From assembly GCA_003693705.1 (NCBI GenBank), contig RBZT01000593.1, positions 1-53,318 of the forward strand: DNA of 53,318 nucleotides. Direction: 5' to 3'. Shown in pieces: positions 51,150 to 53,318 of the stretch. Every line of letters begins with the position of its first letter. Positions within the stretch are counted from its first letter, which is position 1. The position numbers were made by a program, and so were the translations under genes. The notes beneath the pieces are model-generated. The model was not told where the DNA came from. It searched no databases and worked only from the letters and a program-made list of their open reading frames with translations. The DNA is from Polymyxa betae A26-41 (lineage: Eukaryota > Protista > Endomyxa: Phytomyxea).

Positions 51150-51340
51150 TGTAGGTTATCTGTCCATACAGACTCTTGGAGAATATGCAAGAAGAGCAGA
51201 TGGCCCAGAGTGTCGTAGAGGCTCTGAAGGGAATTTTGGCGGCCTACCGATTGACTCTGACACACAATATGTAGGGTAGGGTAGTTTTGGATTGTGACTG
51301 ATTGAAGGGTTTTAGCTCGATGAAAATGTCATAGGTAGCT
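51150..51340 (+). mobile_element. Possible hAT-like transposase scrap
   Basis: LLENMQEEQMAQSVVEALKGILAAYRL followed by a broken GFSS-D-ENVIG, resembling the hAT 'A..I...L..YGL...GFSSDGANVM' region. Confidence 0.25.
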
Positions 51341-51365
51341 AAATTGCAGACCATTGTGAATTCAG

Positions 51366-51920
51366 CCACAATGGCCTCTTTATCTATGTTGATCCAGGTT
51401 ATCCTGGGTCTTTTCACGTCGTCAATATCCTCCGACAGTCGGAGCTTGACGAGAACTGGAGGGAGAACTTCAAGACACCGATAATCACCAGGAATACGTT
51501 CTCGGAGATCCTGGCTACATGGGTAGGCTGTGGCGTCAGGATTACTGGCAACATGCTTCTAACAGAACACCAGGTCATGATATGTAAATCATGCGGCGTG
51601 TGGGCAATCGTGAGCGTGTTGACGACAATGCCGACGGCGCAATCACTGTGTTTAACAAAATGCATGCGGGCGAGAGAATCGCTGTTGAATGGGGTATCGG
51701 CGGAATGAAGCGGAAATGGAAACGACTAATGAAAGGGTTTGACAACACCAGAGAGAAATTTTCTGATGTATTCTTTGCAGCGGCGATTTTGACGAACTTC
51801 TTGCATCGTCACCAGCAAAATTTCCGAATTGAAATCGATAACAATGGACGCCCAGAAGTCGGATGGGGCTATGCTTTTTGTAATTGTGGAAGCTGTTTGA
51901 AATATATACATCTTGCTTAA
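51366..51920 (+). mobile_element. PIF/Harbinger (DDE_Tnp_4, HARBI1-like) transposase remnant, 5'-truncated
   Basis: HNGLFIYVDPGYPGSFHVVNILRQS, EYVLGDPGYMG, FNKMHAGERIAVEWGIGGMKRKWKRL...AAILTNF; one frameshift; HD motif mutated to HV. Confidence 0.88.
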
Positions 51921-51939
51921 TGCAAGCTATTTATAAATT

Positions 51940-52760
51940 CAGGAGCGCAGCTCCTTTTTCTTTCATCTGGGCCTCAGTGATGATGCCCATCTCAAAGGCC
52001 AGTGGTAGTTTGGCCAGTTCAAGGAGCTCGTTCTTGCTTTCAAGGTGAGCCTTGAAAGCGGAAGAGGTCGCCTTAAAATTATCGGCCAGTTCTTGAACCG
52101 ATTTTGTATGGGCCTGCCGAAGGCCCAGCCTCGTCGGCTTGGGAGTGATGACAGTATTTATTTCCTGGTTCCCAGGAGATGTTGCAATCCCGGAAGCATT
52201 GCTTTTAGATATTTTACTGCTGAGGATTGCATCGCGTATTAAAGCATTACCTTGAATGCGTAGCCGTTGGTCAACTTCAAGCGTTTCTTTACGTCGTCAT
52301 CCTGCAGCGCGGCTTTATCGCTCCCCTCATTCGATGTGCCAGTTTTCAGCTGTTTACACGATTCACGAGCATGACGTTTCAGGTTTTCCTGATCCATCTC
52401 TTGTGTCTCGGGGTGGCCCTTCACCACCTCGTCCCACATCTAAAGCAGTTGCGACAGATGAAGGAACGTAACATTGCCCGGAAGCGACAGATATTTTTCC
52501 AAACCGGCCCAAAAATCAGCTGGGAGGCCTGTTTCTTCCGATTTTTGCAATAATCGGAAAAAAGTCGATGATACGCGCATACGAGTGCTGTCAAATGAAC
52601 AGTCTCGACCTGCGGTGGCCGCTTTCTGACTTTCGTTTCTACATTTACAGCGGATCCAACGGCTTCGATCTTATTGAAAACACGCCAAAGGTCCCTGAGC
52701 ATCTCAGCCTTTCAGGAGTAGCGATCGTTGATGATGGAAACCCTAACGTCACATCAGCCC
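51940..52760 (-). pseudogene. Convergent decayed ORF, probable Harbinger accessory (Myb/SANT-like) protein
   Basis: Fragmented ORFs 52421-52702 and 52239-52439 (WDEVVKGHPETQEMDQENLKRHARESCKQLK) convergent with the transposase, as in the two-gene Harbinger layout. Confidence 0.4.
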
Positions 52761-53204
52761 AGGGTAATTTTTATCCCCATTATTCTGTCTAACCCATAAC
52801 ATTCTTTACAGGTAGCAATCTCACCGGTCACGAAGAAACAGCGACCAGCAATGACAGCGCAGTTCCAAATGAAATCCAGAAACAGGCAGAAAAAGCGGAT
52901 AACGGGCATTTTCAGGAAATGTTGTGGTGTTCAACGAACATTACGGACAAATGTTGTTAGTTTTGCGAACGCAGCTTTGCGATTTGGCACTGGGCTGCGG
53001 TATGAAGGGCTCAGGGCTGCGTTATAATGTCAAACCGGAATGATAAAAACAATGCATCAGCCACTCTCAGCCGGTCCGATCATGATCATTACTTGTCCGA
53101 TCACGATCTATATCGGTATAGTGTCTTACTCGCACATCAGCACTTGATCATATTGCCGTATAATAATAAAACGACATGAATATTCTTCACCCTGTCTCCT
53201 GCTA

Positions 53205-53318
53205 TATCGTATCATCCAGAGCTCTGATATGGTATCGACATGGTATCGTATCATCCAGAGCTCTGATATGGTATCGATACGTATACGTATCAACCAGAGC
53301 TCTGATATGGTATCAATA
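53205..53318. repeat. 39-bp tandem repeat, 3 copies, cut by the window end
   Basis: Palindromic core CAGAGCTCTG at 53217, 53256, 53295 within cgtatca(t/a)ccagagctctgatatggtatc. Confidence 0.9.

Noticed and set aside
53205-53318. CRISPR-like repeat/spacer appearance
   Set aside because: The variable parts are only ~10 bp and related to each other, the context is eukaryotic, and there are no cas genes; it is a minisatellite.

Overview
Eukaryotic nuclear DNA from a compact, gene-dense genome with many short (~45-55 nt) GT-AG introns. A GnT-I gene, and the gene density and intron size, suggest a protist rather than a fungus; the taxon cannot be fixed from the sequence. About 0.65-42.8 kb holds tightly packed spliced housekeeping genes: SDHAF2/Sdh5-like, DDI1, an uncharacterised multi-pass membrane protein, ALADIN, GnT-I/MGAT1, VID27, WDR44, a coiled-coil protein built from a 473-bp exon+intron tandem array, TIM21, a five-GYF-domain protein, a WKF/C7orf50-like protein, a 19-repeat Sel1 protein, condensin CAP-H, alkaline ceramidase, PI4-kinase alpha, an STE20/MST-type kinase and Derlin. 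The first ~420 bp contain a compositionally foreign AT-rich intronless ORF with a perfect 16-bp inverted repeat at its start codon. From ~43 kb to the end is a transposon graveyard: a CryptonF-type tyrosine-recombinase element with repeated terminal motifs, interrupted by a 192-bp solo LTR with a 5-bp TSD; a decayed OTU-protease-like relic; a small TTAA-flanked inverted-repeat element; the 3' part of a chromodomain Ty3/Gypsy element with PPT and a short LTR; a PIF/Harbinger remnant; and a 39-bp tandem repeat. All family calls come from motif recognition by eye, and outer coordinates of spliced genes are approximate.
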